Shown here piece after piece: positions 29,537-41,214 of a stretch of DNA of 64,000 bases. Numbering within the stretch: position 1 is the first letter of the stretch; every line of letters begins with the position of its first letter. The DNA is from Thermoproteota archaeon (GTDB lineage: Archaea > Thermoproteota > Thermoprotei_A > Sulfolobales > Ignisphaeraceae): positions 128,001 through 192,000 of the forward strand of contig JAUQPB010000002.1 in the NCBI GenBank assembly GCA_030550585.1. Reading direction: 5' to 3'. Under the pieces are notes generated by a model that had not been told where the DNA came from, ran no database searches, and saw nothing but the letters and a program-made list of their open reading frames with translations. The position numbers and the translations under genes were made by a program.

Positions 29537-30221
29537 ACTTCATCACCTTGTATAACAAGTTTTCATCTCCACAGGTAGAAATGGTTCCATTGATCATTAT
29601 GCACACCCTACTGGGCTCTATAAATCTGGTTATAAAGGCTGAGTGAGTGACTATAATAATTGATCTAAATGGAGACTCTTCAACCAATTTTTTCAAACCT
29701 TTTGCAATAATTTCTATAGAATCCACATCAACACCTGTGTCAGGCTCATCAACTAATGCAATCTTGGGCTTTTGTGCAAGAAGTGTGGCAATCTCAACTC
29801 TTTTTAACTCACCTCCAGAAAAGCCCTTACCAAATTCTCGATGAAGCAAATGCTCTATAGACATTTCCCTCGCTATTTCATATACATCGCATTTATTCTT
29901 CTTACAAAGCATTGATAACATATCGAAAACCTTTATCCCTAAGAGCTTTGGAGGTATCTGATGACCTATTGCAATACCCTTAGCAACCCTATACTCAATT
30001 GGCTTGTCAGTTAAATCTTCACTTTCGAAAATAATCTTACCAGAAGATATGTTGTATCCAGGATAGCCAACAACAGCCCTTAAAAAAGTTGTTTTTCCCG
30101 CGCCATTAGGACCTAAAAGAAATACTATGTCATTTTCATAGACATCTAAATTAGCACCTCTAACAACAAGCCTTCCTCCAGATACCACGTCCAAGTCTTT
30201 AACGCTAAGCACAATACTCAT
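29514..30221 (-). CDS. sufC: SufC-type ABC ATPase
   Basis: GPNGAGKT, GFSGGELKR, DEPDTGVD; adjacent to sufB. Confidence 0.85.
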   Translation of the reverse strand: MSIVLSVKDLDVVSGGRLVVRGANLDVYENDIVFLLGPNGAGKTTFLRAVVGYPGYNISSGKIIFESEDLTDKPIEYRVAKGIAIGHQIPPKLLGIKVFDMLSMLCKKNKCDVYEIAREMSIEHLLHREFGKGFSGGELKRVEIATLLAQKPKIALVDEPDTGVDVDSIEIIAKGLKKLVEESPFRSIIIVTHSAFITRFIEPSRVCIMINGTISTCGDENLLYKVMKYGFKGLA

Positions 30222-30508
30222 ATGATCACCTGCCTCTAGAGAGTGGTTGATACCTTAAATATGCATTTTATGGAAAAATTTAGCCATTCCGCACATGAAG
30301 TTATTTCTACGGAGTATAAATAAGCTCATCATAAAAATAGATTTAAACCAGAAAATGCTGGGCAACAGAAATCAATGATAATAAGAAACACTAGGAAGGT
30401 AAATCAAGGTGTTGTAGAATTAACAATATAAAAAATTTATTTTTGGGCTAGATATGCAAATAATGAATTAAAGGCTATGTTCAAAACATCTTGCTACATA
30501 GGTGGTAA

Positions 30509-30874
30509 TTGATGGCTACTGCAAAACAGGTTTATTTAGCTAAAAAACTTGAGGAAAAATATGGTGCTATAGGCAAAGTTGCAGGAAGGTACTTAGAAGC
30601 TGGGCTATCGATAGAGATAAACCATCCAACGAGATATGGGCCAATACATATCGTGGCTAGAGGAGGTAAAAATATTTATGCGATAGAAGTTGTGGATAAG
30701 CCGGGAAAGCTAAGTTTAGACGTAGTAAGAAATTTGGTTGAAAAGGCAAAGATAGTAAAAGCAAAGCCTATACTGGTCTTGTGCTCCAATGCTATTAGCG
30801 TTGGCGATGAGGTATACAAGTTCTGCATTGAGAATGGTGTAAAAATTAAATTGTTTAGAAGTGGTGAGAAATAG
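30509..30874 (+). CDS. PD-(D/E)XK nuclease-fold protein, apparently degenerate
   Basis: TRYGPIHIVA...YAIEVV matches the GEIDIVA...EVK pattern with the catalytic D and K replaced. Confidence 0.55.
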   Translation: MMATAKQVYLAKKLEEKYGAIGKVAGRYLEAGLSIEINHPTRYGPIHIVARGGKNIYAIEVVDKPGKLSLDVVRNLVEKAKIVKAKPILVLCSNAISVGDEVYKFCIENGVKIKLFRSGEK

Positions 30875-30888
30875 CAGGTGGCAAAACT

Positions 30889-31410
30889 ATGGCACATGGG
30901 ATCAATGATGGTCTAATTCGCGATTCTATACTAAATGTTGCAAATCTAATGGCGATATCTGCTATAACAGCTCCCAAGGCAAGAGGGGTAGACAATATTA
31001 TAGTCAAGGTTATAAGTGATGAGAAGGAGATTGAACAACTAGCTAAGAAAATGGAGGAGTTGTCTAAAGAATATGGCGAGTTCTTTTCAAGAGATGCGAA
31101 TAATGTTAGGAGAAGTGTGGCTGTGGTTTTGATAGGTTGTAAGAATGTTAAAATGGGGCTGAAAACGCCATTGAAATGGGCATTGGATGCAGATACTGTG
31201 TGTAGCTTGGTTAATCTTGGTATAGCCATAGGATCAGCTGTAAAAACAGCGTCTATGCTGAATGTTGATAATAGGATAATGTTTAGCGTTGGTGTCGCGG
31301 CTCAAGAGCTTGGTCTTATAGAGGCGGATTATGTGTTCGGGATACCACTTTCTGCATACTCAAAGAACATATATTTTGATAGAGTATGGCCCCAGCCAAA
31401 AAGCTCATAG
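30889..31410 (+). CDS. DUF2148-like / nitroreductase-fold conserved protein
   Basis: TAPKARG.D, LGIAIGSAVK.A, VDNRIM, KNIYFDR. Confidence 0.75.
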   Translation: MAHGINDGLIRDSILNVANLMAISAITAPKARGVDNIIVKVISDEKEIEQLAKKMEELSKEYGEFFSRDANNVRRSVAVVLIGCKNVKMGLKTPLKWALDADTVCSLVNLGIAIGSAVKTASMLNVDNRIMFSVGVAAQELGLIEADYVFGIPLSAYSKNIYFDRVWPQPKSS

Positions 31411-31421
31411 AGATAGGGAAA

Positions 31422-31931
31422 ATGGACTCCGCAACAATAATTCAATATGCTATGATATTTGTATTGTCTTTTCTACCCATATCTGAAGTGAGAGGGGGTA
31501 TACCATTAGCATTCTTTTATTTTCATGAAGACTTCGGCAAACTAGCACTTGGGATTGTAGTTTCAGTTATAGGAAATCTTCTTGTAGCCCCCTTTGTTCT
31601 ATATCTATTGAAATACATTGATAATTTTATCAGAAATTATAGATTAGTTCCAGAGAAGATCAGAAGGGCATACATATGGGTTATGGACTATGTCAAGAGG
31701 AAAAGCAAGAGCTTTGAAAAATATGAGATGTTGGGACTTGCAATATTTGTTGCCATACCCCTTCCAGCAACAGGTGCTTGGACAGCATCGCTCATAGCAT
31801 TCTTGATAGGAATGAATAGGAAAAAAGCCTTGATATCGATAGAAGCAGGGGTTATTGGGGCGTCAGCAATAGTGGCAATAGTGTGTTTATTGGGCTTAGA
31901 AATACTTAAAAAATTGTTTCTCATACAATAA
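31422..31931 (+). CDS. COG2426 small multi-drug export family membrane protein
   Basis: LPISEVRGGIP and FVAIPLPATGAWT. Confidence 0.85.
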   Translation: MDSATIIQYAMIFVLSFLPISEVRGGIPLAFFYFHEDFGKLALGIVVSVIGNLLVAPFVLYLLKYIDNFIRNYRLVPEKIRRAYIWVMDYVKRKSKSFEKYEMLGLAIFVAIPLPATGAWTASLIAFLIGMNRKKALISIEAGVIGASAIVAIVCLLGLEILKKLFLIQ

Positions 31932-31937
31932 AAATGG

Positions 31938-31986
31938 ATGATGAGTCCTAGACCAAGCCAAAAGGTGACGAATCTCCGTTTTCTGA
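31938..31986 (+). ncRNA. C/D box sRNA, probable tRNA D-loop guide
   Basis: ATGATGA-GTCCTAGACCAAG-CCAA-AAG-GTGACGA-ATCTCCGTTTT-CTGA. Confidence 0.75.
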
Positions 31987-32115
31987 TCAAGATACTGATT
32001 TCTTTTTATTCTCTATCTAAGTAAATTTAAGAAATCATGACGAGAATTTATTTGCTGTGTATAAATTCAATAGTTTAAACTTTAAATAGTGGAATAAAAT
32101 GAGGTATCTTAACTG

Positions 32116-32910
32116 GTGTTTTCAATGATTGAGGGCAAGATGTTTGAAGAAAGAATATCGAGAAGCATAATAAGGAATACAATGCTTGATCTGCTTAGAT
32201 TAACAAATGTTGATGTGGTGATTGTTGGTGCAGGCCCTTCCGGCATGGTTGCTGCAAAGTATATTGCTGATAAGGGTTACAAGGTGGTGGTTCTAGAACG
32301 AAGGCTTAGCTTTGGTGGTGGTATAGGTGGTGGGGGCATGCTATTCCATAAAATAGTTGTTGATGAGTCTGCTATTCCAATTCTAAAGGACTTTAATATT
32401 AGGTTTCAAAAAGATGAAGAAGAGAATCTATATGTTTTAGATTCATCAGAACTAATGGCTAAGCTGGCTACTGGTGCTATTGATGCTGGTGCAAAGATTA
32501 TTAATGGTGTGCATGTGGAGGACGTTATTTATAGGGAGAATCCTCTGAGGATAACCGGAGTTGTAATTCAATGGAGCGCAGTAGTGTTATCAGGTCTTCA
32601 TGTAGACCCTCTATTCATAAGATCGAAGGCTGTAGTTGATGCCACAGGACACGATGCTGAGGTTATTAAGATTGTGGCTAAGAAGATTCCCGAGTCTAAC
32701 ATTGTTCTACGTGGGGAGAAGTCAGCATATTCAGAGCTGTCGGAGAGAATAGTTGTTGAAAAGACGGGCGCAGTTTTGCCAGGGCTCTATGCAACAGGGA
32801 TGTCTGTAGCAGCGCTATATGGTTTGCCTAGGATGGGACCAGTATTCAGCTCAATGTTGTTGTCTGGCAAGAAGGTGGCCGAAATTATTGTAAGCGATCT
32901 AAAATCGTAA
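32116..32910 (+). CDS. thi4: Thiazole synthase Thi4 (non-Cys, sulfide-dependent type)
   Basis: [31 protein letters not shown]. Confidence 0.9.
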   Translation: MFSMIEGKMFEERISRSIIRNTMLDLLRLTNVDVVIVGAGPSGMVAAKYIADKGYKVVVLERRLSFGGGIGGGGMLFHKIVVDESAIPILKDFNIRFQKDEEENLYVLDSSELMAKLATGAIDAGAKIINGVHVEDVIYRENPLRITGVVIQWSAVVLSGLHVDPLFIRSKAVVDATGHDAEVIKIVAKKIPESNIVLRGEKSAYSELSERIVVEKTGAVLPGLYATGMSVAALYGLPRMGPVFSSMLLSGKKVAEIIVSDLKS

Positions 32911-32957
32911 CATAGTAGAAAAGTAGAAAAATTTTTAGCGTATTTGTAACAGTGTCT

Positions 32958-33446
32958 CTAAACCTTTCTAATCTTTTTGAGGTACTCTATAATTCCACCT
33001 GACATTAGTATCTCTAGTGCCATTCCACTTAAACCTTTGCATGCAACTTTTTTAGAATTGTTTATTGTAACCTCGCCAGACACTAGATCGATTTTTATAG
33101 AATCCCCATCTCTAACCTCTTTTGATATTCCTGGGCATATGATGACTGGCAAACCATTGTTTATTGCATTTCTATAGAATATCCTTGCAAAGGACTCTGC
33201 TACAACAGCCTTTACACCTGCAGCCTTAATAGCTATGGCTGCCTGCTCCCTTGAAGACCCCATTCCAAATACCTTACCAGCAACTATTATAGCGCCATTG
33301 GCTTTCTTATAGAATTCGGGGTCTATAGACTCAAAGACGTGTTGTGCAAGGTATTGTGGATCTGTATACTTTAGATGTTTAGCTGGTATAATGACATCTG
33401 TGTCTATCTTATCGCCAAGTTTTATAACCCTTCCCTCGATTATCAC
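32958..33446 (-). CDS. leuD: 3-isopropylmalate dehydratase/homoaconitase small subunit
   Basis: [32 protein letters not shown]. Confidence 0.85.
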   Translation of the reverse strand: MIIEGRVIKLGDKIDTDVIIPAKHLKYTDPQYLAQHVFESIDPEFYKKANGAIIVAGKVFGMGSSREQAAIAIKAAGVKAVVAESFARIFYRNAINNGLPVIICPGISKEVRDGDSIKIDLVSGEVTINNSKKVACKGLSGMALEILMSGGIIEYLKKIRKV

Positions 33447-34693
33447 ATTACATCACCTGGTTCAACAATCTTGCCGCTCACAGCTGTTGTAGCAGCTATA
33501 GCAGGGCCTGAGAGATATATTTTTGCTTGGGGGCTACCCATTCTACCAACAAAATTCCTATTTGACGTTGAAACAACAACTTCGCCGGGAGCTGCAATAC
33601 CGAAGTGTCCTCCTATGCAAGGACCACATGTTCCATATGTTACTATACAACCTGCTTCCACAAGGGTTTGTATGTAGCCTAGCTCCATAGCTTTTCTAAA
33701 CACATTCCAAGATGCTGGAACGGCTATGCATCTTGACTTCACCTTTTTCCCTTTCATTATTTTTGCAGCTATCTCAAAATCTGATAGTCTGCCATTGGTG
33801 CAGGAGCCTATGAATACATAGTCAACCTCTGTACCCCACACATCTCTAACACTTTTAACATTATCAACGCTGTGTGGGGCGGCTACAAGGAAATCAACTT
33901 TATCGAGTTCTATAGTGTATTCATCTACGTACTCAGCATCTGGATCAGGGGTTATAGTTTTGGGTTCGAAACCTCTTTCTGTCTTCACATAGTTTACGGT
34001 TACAGAGTCTGGCACAAACATTAGTGTATCGGCATTCATCTCTATACCCATATTAGCTACAGTCACTCTATAGTCCATTGGAAAGCTCTGTGGGTTGTCG
34101 ACAAATACCTCTATCGACATACCATTGAAATAGTCGGCTTTGAAAACCCTCAGAATCTCTAGTGCCACCTCCTTGCCCGTGCGCCACTCTTTAAGAGCTC
34201 CTGTAAGCTTTATCTTGAATGGCTGCGGAACAGTAAGCCAGGTTCTACCAGTTAAGACAATCGCTGCAATATCGCTTGCCCCAAGGCCTTGGGCAAACGC
34301 CCCTAGTGCACCAGATGTTGTTGTGTGGCTATCAGCCGCCATAACAACTTGTCCAGGTAAAACATACCTTTCTATCAAAACCTGGTGAAGAATTCCAAAG
34401 CCTACGTCATGAAAGTTTTTAATCCCGTGTTTCCTAGCAAACAATCTTATGTGTTGCTGAATTTCAGCGCTTCTAACATCTGGTGGTGGAACAAGGTGGT
34501 CAAAAGCTATGACAAGCGAATCAATATTGTGTATTTTTACATTGCCTGTTTTTTCCATAACTTCTATAACATGATATCCTGTTAGATCATGAAAAGCTAC
34601 AACATCTACGGCAACCTCTATAACATCACCAGGAGATACTACTCTTCCTGATGCCCTCTCTAAGATTTTTTCTGTGAGGGTCTTACCCACCAT
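33443..34693 (-). CDS. leuC: 3-isopropylmalate dehydratase/homoaconitase large subunit
   Basis: [30 protein letters not shown]. Confidence 0.9.
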   Translation of the reverse strand: MVGKTLTEKILERASGRVVSPGDVIEVAVDVVAFHDLTGYHVIEVMEKTGNVKIHNIDSLVIAFDHLVPPPDVRSAEIQQHIRLFARKHGIKNFHDVGFGILHQVLIERYVLPGQVVMAADSHTTTSGALGAFAQGLGASDIAAIVLTGRTWLTVPQPFKIKLTGALKEWRTGKEVALEILRVFKADYFNGMSIEVFVDNPQSFPMDYRVTVANMGIEMNADTLMFVPDSVTVNYVKTERGFEPKTITPDPDAEYVDEYTIELDKVDFLVAAPHSVDNVKSVRDVWGTEVDYVFIGSCTNGRLSDFEIAAKIMKGKKVKSRCIAVPASWNVFRKAMELGYIQTLVEAGCIVTYGTCGPCIGGHFGIAAPGEVVVSTSNRNFVGRMGSPQAKIYLSGPAIAATTAVSGKIVEPGDVM

Positions 34694-34897
34694 CTATGCA
34701 CCAAGCAAAGTATCTTGAACACAAAATAAAAGCTTAAAATATTATTGTACACAATAAACATTTTTAATCACATCCAAAATGACCAGAGACAATATTTAGA
34801 CGCATGCTGGCATGATAATGGTTTCTATAAGCAGAAAGCATGTTGAGACAAGAAAACTATATGCATCTCAGCATCTTCCTTATCGAAAATGCAAACT

Positions 34898-35899
34898 TCA
34901 CAGCCTGAACCTCTTTGGCTGTTTTAAACTCTTCTTTTCCCAGTCAACAGTGACTTTTCTCTTTGCACCTTTAACCATATTGACATAGTTTATTGCAGAT
35001 AATGCTGCTATAACTCCTGAGGCAGCAGATATTATGGCTTGCTTGTATGGGGTGTTGCTTGCAATGTCTCCCGCGGCGAAGAGACCAGGTGTTTTGGTCG
35101 CCCCTAGGCTATCCACAATAATCTCGCCTTTTTCTGTAATGTCTACATATTGCTTTAGGAAGTCTATTCTTGTTTCAAAGCCTATTTCAACGAATAGCGC
35201 ATCTACCAAGAGCTCTACTTTTTCAGCACCTCTTTTAATAACAACCTTTTCTAGTTTTTTATCACCGTTTATCTCCTCAACAGTGTAACCCTCAAAGACC
35301 TTTACGTTGCTAAACTTCTTTGCATAGTCTATGCTGTGGTCACTATGATAGGGCACAATGTAATACACCTCTCTAGCTAGTGGTGCAAGCAACCCAAGGT
35401 TTTCAACACCTTTCTCACCGAAGCTCACTAATGCAACGGTCTTTCCCTTATATAGTGGGGCATCACAGATAACACAGTAGCTCAGCCCCTTACCAACGAA
35501 AGAATCTTCTTTGCTTAGACCAAGCTTCCTGGGGGCCTTACCACATGCTGCGATAACAGCTATAGACCTTATGACCAAGCCTTTCTTGGTTCTCGCTACA
35601 AAGAACCCATTAGCTTTCTCTAAGCTGACAACCTCATCAACTATGATCTCGGCATTAAATGACATAGCTTGTTGCTGTATCTTCAGAACCAACTCTATGC
35701 CTGGGGCTGGATCGAAACCAGGGTAATTCTCTATTATACTTGCATATGAGAGCTGGCCGCCAATGTCAAGAGCGACAACAGTTACCTTCAAGTTTTGCCT
35801 AGCGATGTAAAGAGCGGCTGAAAGCCCCGCTACACCGCCGCCAATCACTAAAACATCTGTGTTTATTTCCCTCTCCTCAACACCGAAATCTCTTTCCAT
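34898..35899 (-). CDS. trxB: Thioredoxin reductase
   Basis: GGGVAG, IENYPG, SYCVICD, GLFAAGD. Confidence 0.85.
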   Translation of the reverse strand: MERDFGVEEREINTDVLVIGGGVAGLSAALYIARQNLKVTVVALDIGGQLSYASIIENYPGFDPAPGIELVLKIQQQAMSFNAEIIVDEVVSLEKANGFFVARTKKGLVIRSIAVIAACGKAPRKLGLSKEDSFVGKGLSYCVICDAPLYKGKTVALVSFGEKGVENLGLLAPLAREVYYIVPYHSDHSIDYAKKFSNVKVFEGYTVEEINGDKKLEKVVIKRGAEKVELLVDALFVEIGFETRIDFLKQYVDITEKGEIIVDSLGATKTPGLFAAGDIASNTPYKQAIISAASGVIAALSAINYVNMVKGAKRKVTVDWEKKSLKQPKRFRL

Positions 35900-36033
35900 A
35901 AACTACACCTGTGCTGAATCGACTAGATATTGCGGCAATGAGGCTTATAAGCATACCCATGTTTAAAGACAGCGTCAACCCCTCTTAATGTTCATAAAAA
36001 TTTATTTTAAGGCAAAGCACAATATATTTTAGA

Positions 36034-37947
36034 TTGGAAATGATTGGCATAATTCTTGCAGCTGGCTATGGAACTAGATTGCATCCTATAACACTCGAAA
36101 TGCCTAAGACGATGATTGAGTTGGAACCCGGTGTCTCTATTCTAGATTATATAGTAAGTGCATTTAAAGATGTTGAGATTTCTGAGATATATGTTGCTAC
36201 AAGAGAAGATGTTTCGCATTTCTTTTTGAAGAGAGGCGATGTAAAGGTTCTTGTTGTAGACGTTAAGGAGGGTGATGGAAATCTCTGGACACTCTACCAA
36301 GCAATTTCTAGTCTGAAGTCCATGGGCATAGAAGATGATGTTGTGCTTTCTATGTCTGATCATGTATATGAATACGCTATTATTAGAAAACTTGTTAAGG
36401 CAGCTAGAAACTCCTCAAAGCTCTATATATGCTTAGATAAGCTGATTCGTGGAAGAGATGCTGTTGAAGGCCTTAAAATAGTTGTTGATGGCAATACAGT
36501 TGTTTTATCAGGTAAAAATATACCGCCTTATAGCGGGATAGATACTGGGCTATTTTTTATACCTAAATCCATTTTTCCATATATAGAAAAGATTGTTTTG
36601 GAGAAGGGTAGAAAAGCATCGTTATCTGACATGATCAATGCTTTGGCTAAGGAGAACCTCGTTGGATATGTTGATGTCTCAGGCTATCTCTGGCAAGATG
36701 TAGACACTCTCGAAGATGTTGAAAGGGTTAGGAAACTCTATTGGAAGATACTGTCGAGAAACCTTGTAAAGGATAGTGACGGTGTTGTGTCAAGGTATAT
36801 CAACAGGAGGATATCTACAGCAATAAGTATCAGTATGTATAAAGCCAGGGTTTTCATACATCCAAACATATTAACAGTTATAGTGTTTATTATAGGTGTT
36901 GTGGCGTCGATATTGCTGTTTACTGGACATGATATTGTCGGAGCTCTTCTAGCTTTGCTATCATCTATACTGGATGGCGTGGATGGTGAAGTCGCTCGTT
37001 TATACAATGCTAAATCTAGATTTGGCGCAATGTTGGATACATTGCTTGATAGAATAGTTGATGTGTTGCTACTATCCGCGATATTTTATCAGATGGTGCA
37101 AGGCTCTATCCAGCTAGGCAACACAATACTTACTGTGTATGTACTATTGTATGCCTTGTCATTACTAGGCTCAATATATGTTAGCTATATCAGCAATGTC
37201 ATAGAAGATAAAGAGTATGTGGCTAGTCTTAGAAGTCAGTTCCCATGGGCAACAAGAGATGTAAGAATATTTGTTCTAGCACTTGCCACAGTTTTTAAAG
37301 CCTATGAATATGGCTTAATGTATATAGCTTTTTCGAGCTGGGTCTTCATAGCTAGGTCGTTAGCGCACAGTTTCAAAAGTGAAGCAAAGACAAGGTCAAA
37401 GCTGTTTACATTGCTCACTAGTAGACGTCAGATTAAGCCCTATATAGAGAAGCCATTTGCAGTATTAATTGAGGAAACAATATTCTATCTGTTGCTTCTA
37501 GCAATTCTGATACCCTTAACAAATACTGCTTTAGCCAAAATCAACAGCTATGTTGATCTTGATGTAAAAAGTCCATACCCTCTTCTATGGGAATTTATAG
37601 CATCTATAGAGATAGCTACAATAGTTTATCTATTCTACAGATTCATGAAAGGGTTTATCACAATTCTAACAACACTCAAAAATAAGGTGGTTGAGAAGTT
37701 ATGGATTACCCCAACTGTTTATCAAAGAATCATTAAAAGAGGTCTTATACTAGCTCTAATTATGTTATCTACATATCCGATAAACTACGTCATGGCATTA
37801 GCCGGTGTAGAAAAAGAGATCAAGGATCTTGGCAACTACATACTTATGATAATAACATTTGTTGCTATAGTAATGCTCTTACTAGATATTGCCAAAGCAT
37901 TTGAACATATAATTAGAGGCTATATTCTAAAGAAGAATAGAGATTGA
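36034..37947 (+). CDS. Bifunctional IPCT/DIPPS (di-myo-inositol phosphate synthesis) with extra C-terminal membrane region
   Basis: ILAAGYGTR nucleotidyltransferase, WQDVDT, DG.VSRYINR.IS, DGVDGEVAR...G...D...DR CDP-alcohol motif, TRDVR. Confidence 0.85.
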   Translation: MEMIGIILAAGYGTRLHPITLEMPKTMIELEPGVSILDYIVSAFKDVEISEIYVATREDVSHFFLKRGDVKVLVVDVKEGDGNLWTLYQAISSLKSMGIEDDVVLSMSDHVYEYAIIRKLVKAARNSSKLYICLDKLIRGRDAVEGLKIVVDGNTVVLSGKNIPPYSGIDTGLFFIPKSIFPYIEKIVLEKGRKASLSDMINALAKENLVGYVDVSGYLWQDVDTLEDVERVRKLYWKILSRNLVKDSDGVVSRYINRRISTAISISMYKARVFIHPNILTVIVFIIGVVASILLFTGHDIVGALLALLSSILDGVDGEVARLYNAKSRFGAMLDTLLDRIVDVLLLSAIFYQMVQGSIQLGNTILTVYVLLYALSLLGSIYVSYISNVIEDKEYVASLRSQFPWATRDVRIFVLALATVFKAYEYGLMYIAFSSWVFIARSLAHSFKSEAKTRSKLFTLLTSRRQIKPYIEKPFAVLIEETIFYLLLLAILIPLTNTALAKINSYVDLDVKSPYPLLWEFIASIEIATIVYLFYRFMKGFITILTTLKNKVVEKLWITPTVYQRIIKRGLILALIMLSTYPINYVMALAGVEKEIKDLGNYILMIITFVAIVMLLLDIAKAFEHIIRGYILKKNRD

Positions 37948-37983
37948 CTATATTTAACCTACATCCTTAATAAATTTGTTATT

Positions 37984-40900
37984 TTATGAGATAGGCACTG
38001 TTATGTCTTCTATGCTGCTCCAGAACATCTTCATATCTTTTATGTCGTTAATGTCTATAGAGAACTTTGATAGACTTTTGGCAAATTCTAGTCCAAGTCT
38101 GTGATCTAGTATGAGCGGTATGACTAGGTCTGCTGCATATCTTCTAATCCTATAGTCTTTTTCTGGTGCATAGCCTGTTGTTATCACCAAGTCGATTCTA
38201 TTGTTTATCATATATTCAATGACCGTGGACTCTGGAACTGTGTCAGCATTTTTAACAGGCATGGTATCTACTGTAATGGTTTTGTATCCCATATCACTAA
38301 AGATTTTAGCGGCATCTTCAAGTTCCTTAAACAGTTTTTGAAGCGGATTATATATCAAAACCATATTGCTTTTTGAGGGTAGCCTATTTCCAGATACGCT
38401 AAGCCAACTCAATATAAGCGCATTTTCAAAGTTTCTAGAAATTGTAGCAACTTCGCCAACACTTCTCATTTCAGGCCCCAAAAATGGGTATGCACCTCTT
38501 AGCCTCGCCCACGAGAATTGAGGAGATTTAACTCCAAACCATTTTGGCACGAGCAAATTGAACTTATTTTCATGTACAGCAGACTCGATTCTGCCTAGTA
38601 GAGACGCCTCAACAGCAGCTTTCATTAGGTTGTAGCCTGTGACCTTGCTTGTAAATGGCATTGATCTGCTTGCTCTCAAATTCAATTCGATTACATATAT
38701 GTTTCCATCTTTATAGAGCATCTGTAAATTGTATGGACCTTTAATATTTAGAACCTCGTTTAATCTCATAGCTATTTTACAAGCCTCTACAACAACGTTC
38801 TCAGGGAGCGTTCTATATGGTATAGACATTGTGGCGTCGCCACTATGAACACCAGCATATTCTACATGCTCTATAACAGTTCCTATAGCCGTCTTCCCAT
38901 CTCCGACAGCATCAACCTCAAATTCTATTGCACCATCTATAAACTTTGACACGACAACAGGGTATTTCGGCGATATCTTTGCAGCCCTTGTTATATAGTC
39001 TATAAGCTCCTTTCTATTCCATGCAATATTCATTGCAGATCCACTTAGCACGTAACTCGGCCTTACAAGAACCGGGTAGCCAACGTCCTCAGCAAACTTG
39101 ATAACCTCATTAACATTTGACGCCTCTATCCATGGAGGCTGCTTAATGTTCAGTTCATCAAGTAGCTTACTAAACAAGGCTCTATTCTCGGCTCTATGAA
39201 CACTATAGCCAGCTGTGCCAAGTAGTGGCAAACCTCTTTTCTCTAATTCCCATGCAATATTATTAGATATTTGCCCTCCTAGAAATGCTACAATACCCTT
39301 TGGCTTTTCAACATCATATATATCCATAACCCTTTCAACAGTTATTTCATCAAAGTATAGCTTTTCATTCATATCCCAGTCTGTTGAAACAGTCTCTGGG
39401 TTATAGTTAACCACTATAACCTCATAGCCAAGCTTTCTAGCCTCATCAGCATAAGATACGATACTCCAATCAAACTCGACACTAACACCTATCCTGAATC
39501 CTCCAGCACCGAGAACCATTATCTTAGGCTTTGAACTGTCAAATGAGATGTCGTGCTCCCATCCATTATACGTTACATACAGATAATTGGTCTGCGCAGG
39601 CCACTCAGCAGCGAGAGTGTCTATCTGTTTCACAACAGGTTCTACACCAAACATCTTTCTAAGCTTTCTAACCTCATCTAGATCCATATTCAATGCTTTT
39701 GCAAGTTGCTCGTCACTGAAGCCTAACCTCTTACCCTCTGCTATTATACTTGCAAGAGTTTTTTCGTTGATGTTAGACGAATTTCTAAGTTTCTTTAAAT
39801 TCTCGTAAAACTCTACAACAATTTTTATTTGCTTCAAGAAGTGTTTGTCTATTCCGGTCAGCTCATATATTGTATCGACATCAACGCCATGTTTAAATGC
39901 TTTTGCAACCCATATAGGCCAGTATGGCTCTCTCCTCCTAATTCTCTCCAATACATAGCTAAGCGATATAGTATCATCCTCGTATATCCTCCCACCAACA
40001 AGACCAGGCTCGCCGATGTCAAGCATTCTCAATGCTTTCTGCAATGCCTCTAGAAACGTTCTTCCAATTGACATAACCTCTCCAACGCTCTTCATTTCTG
40101 TTCCAAGCGACCTTTCCACATATGGAAACTTGTCCAAATCCCATCTCGGGATCTTTATCACAACATAGTCTAGGCTTGGCTCAAAACATGCCGAAGTCTT
40201 GCCTGTAACCTTGTTCAGAACCTCGTATAGTCTATATCCAAGTGCGAGTTTCGCGGCTATATATGCTAGTGGATACCCGGTTGCCTTGCTGGCTAGGGCA
40301 CTGCTCCTCGACATTCTTGGATTGGTTTCTATAACATAGGCTTCTTCACTGTTCCAAGGATTTAGAGCGACTTGAACATTCCCCTCGCCCACAAGCATAA
40401 TAGCCCTTTCAGTGGCTATAGATAGGTTTCTAGATAGCTGGTACTCAAAATCTGTGAGTGTTTGACAGGGTGCTACAACAATTGACTCTCCTGTGTGCAC
40501 ACCCATTGGATCGAGATTCTCTAGACACGCCACAGCAGCTACATTGTCATAAGCATCTCTAACAACCTCAAACTCGATTTCTTTCCAATGATGGAGATAC
40601 TTTTCAATAAGCACTTCACCGATTTCTGATTGTGCAAAAGCTGCTCTAAGTTTCTTCACAAGCTCTTCTTTTCTCCAGGCAACAAAGCTCCCGGCTCCTC
40701 CAAGATTGAAACTCACTCTAACCATGACTGGGTATCCCATCTCCTCCGCTATTTTTGTGGCCTCCTCTATGGATGTTGTAGCTTTGCTTGGTGGAACAGG
40801 TATGCCGTGTCTAAGCATGGTTTCTCTAAATAATGATCTAGACAAAGCTCTTCTAACACCCTCTATTGGGGTTCCCAAAACCTTCACGCCATATTTCTCG

Positions 40901-41214
40901 AGAACCCCATCATCATGCAGTTTTACGCCAATGCTCAGAGCTGTTTGGCCTCCAAAACCTATGAGAATTCCATCGGGTCTCTCAATCTCTATAACCTTTG
41001 CAACGTACTCTGGTTTTAGGGGGAGCAGATAAACCTTGTCAGCAAACTTATAGCTTGTCTGGATTGTTGCTATGTTTGGATTGATCAAGATGGTTTCTAT
41101 ACCCTCCTCTTTCAATGCCTTTAAAGCTTGGTTACCACTATAATCGAATTCAGCAGCCTCTGCAATCTTGATGGCGCCAGAGCCTATCACGAGAACCTTC
41201 TTAGCCACCTCCAT
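37984..41214 (-). CDS. carB: Carbamoyl-phosphate synthase large subunit
   Basis: [30 protein letters not shown], duplicated ATP-grasp. Confidence 0.97.
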   Translation of the reverse strand: MEVAKKVLVIGSGAIKIAEAAEFDYSGNQALKALKEEGIETILINPNIATIQTSYKFADKVYLLPLKPEYVAKVIEIERPDGILIGFGGQTALSIGVKLHDDGVLEKYGVKVLGTPIEGVRRALSRSLFRETMLRHGIPVPPSKATTSIEEATKIAEEMGYPVMVRVSFNLGGAGSFVAWRKEELVKKLRAAFAQSEIGEVLIEKYLHHWKEIEFEVVRDAYDNVAAVACLENLDPMGVHTGESIVVAPCQTLTDFEYQLSRNLSIATERAIMLVGEGNVQVALNPWNSEEAYVIETNPRMSRSSALASKATGYPLAYIAAKLALGYRLYEVLNKVTGKTSACFEPSLDYVVIKIPRWDLDKFPYVERSLGTEMKSVGEVMSIGRTFLEALQKALRMLDIGEPGLVGGRIYEDDTISLSYVLERIRRREPYWPIWVAKAFKHGVDVDTIYELTGIDKHFLKQIKIVVEFYENLKKLRNSSNINEKTLASIIAEGKRLGFSDEQLAKALNMDLDEVRKLRKMFGVEPVVKQIDTLAAEWPAQTNYLYVTYNGWEHDISFDSSKPKIMVLGAGGFRIGVSVEFDWSIVSYADEARKLGYEVIVVNYNPETVSTDWDMNEKLYFDEITVERVMDIYDVEKPKGIVAFLGGQISNNIAWELEKRGLPLLGTAGYSVHRAENRALFSKLLDELNIKQPPWIEASNVNEVIKFAEDVGYPVLVRPSYVLSGSAMNIAWNRKELIDYITRAAKISPKYPVVVSKFIDGAIEFEVDAVGDGKTAIGTVIEHVEYAGVHSGDATMSIPYRTLPENVVVEACKIAMRLNEVLNIKGPYNLQMLYKDGNIYVIELNLRASRSMPFTSKVTGYNLMKAAVEASLLGRIESAVHENKFNLLVPKWFGVKSPQFSWARLRGAYPFLGPEMRSVGEVATISRNFENALILSWLSVSGNRLPSKSNMVLIYNPLQKLFKELEDAAKIFSDMGYKTITVDTMPVKNADTVPESTVIEYMINNRIDLVITTGYAPEKDYRIRRYAADLVIPLILDHRLGLEFAKSLSKFSIDINDIKDMKMFWSSIEDITVPIS

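Noticed and set aside
30280-30332. Minus-strand ATGATGA upstream of sufC
   Set aside because: No CTGA D box at a suitable distance and no convincing D'/C' pair
31987-32115. TPP riboswitch upstream of thi4
   Set aside because: AT-rich, with none of the conserved CUGAGA or paired elements
34812-34865. ATGATAA...CAGA...ATGTTGA pattern resembling a C/D sRNA
   Set aside because: Imperfect C box and no terminal D box
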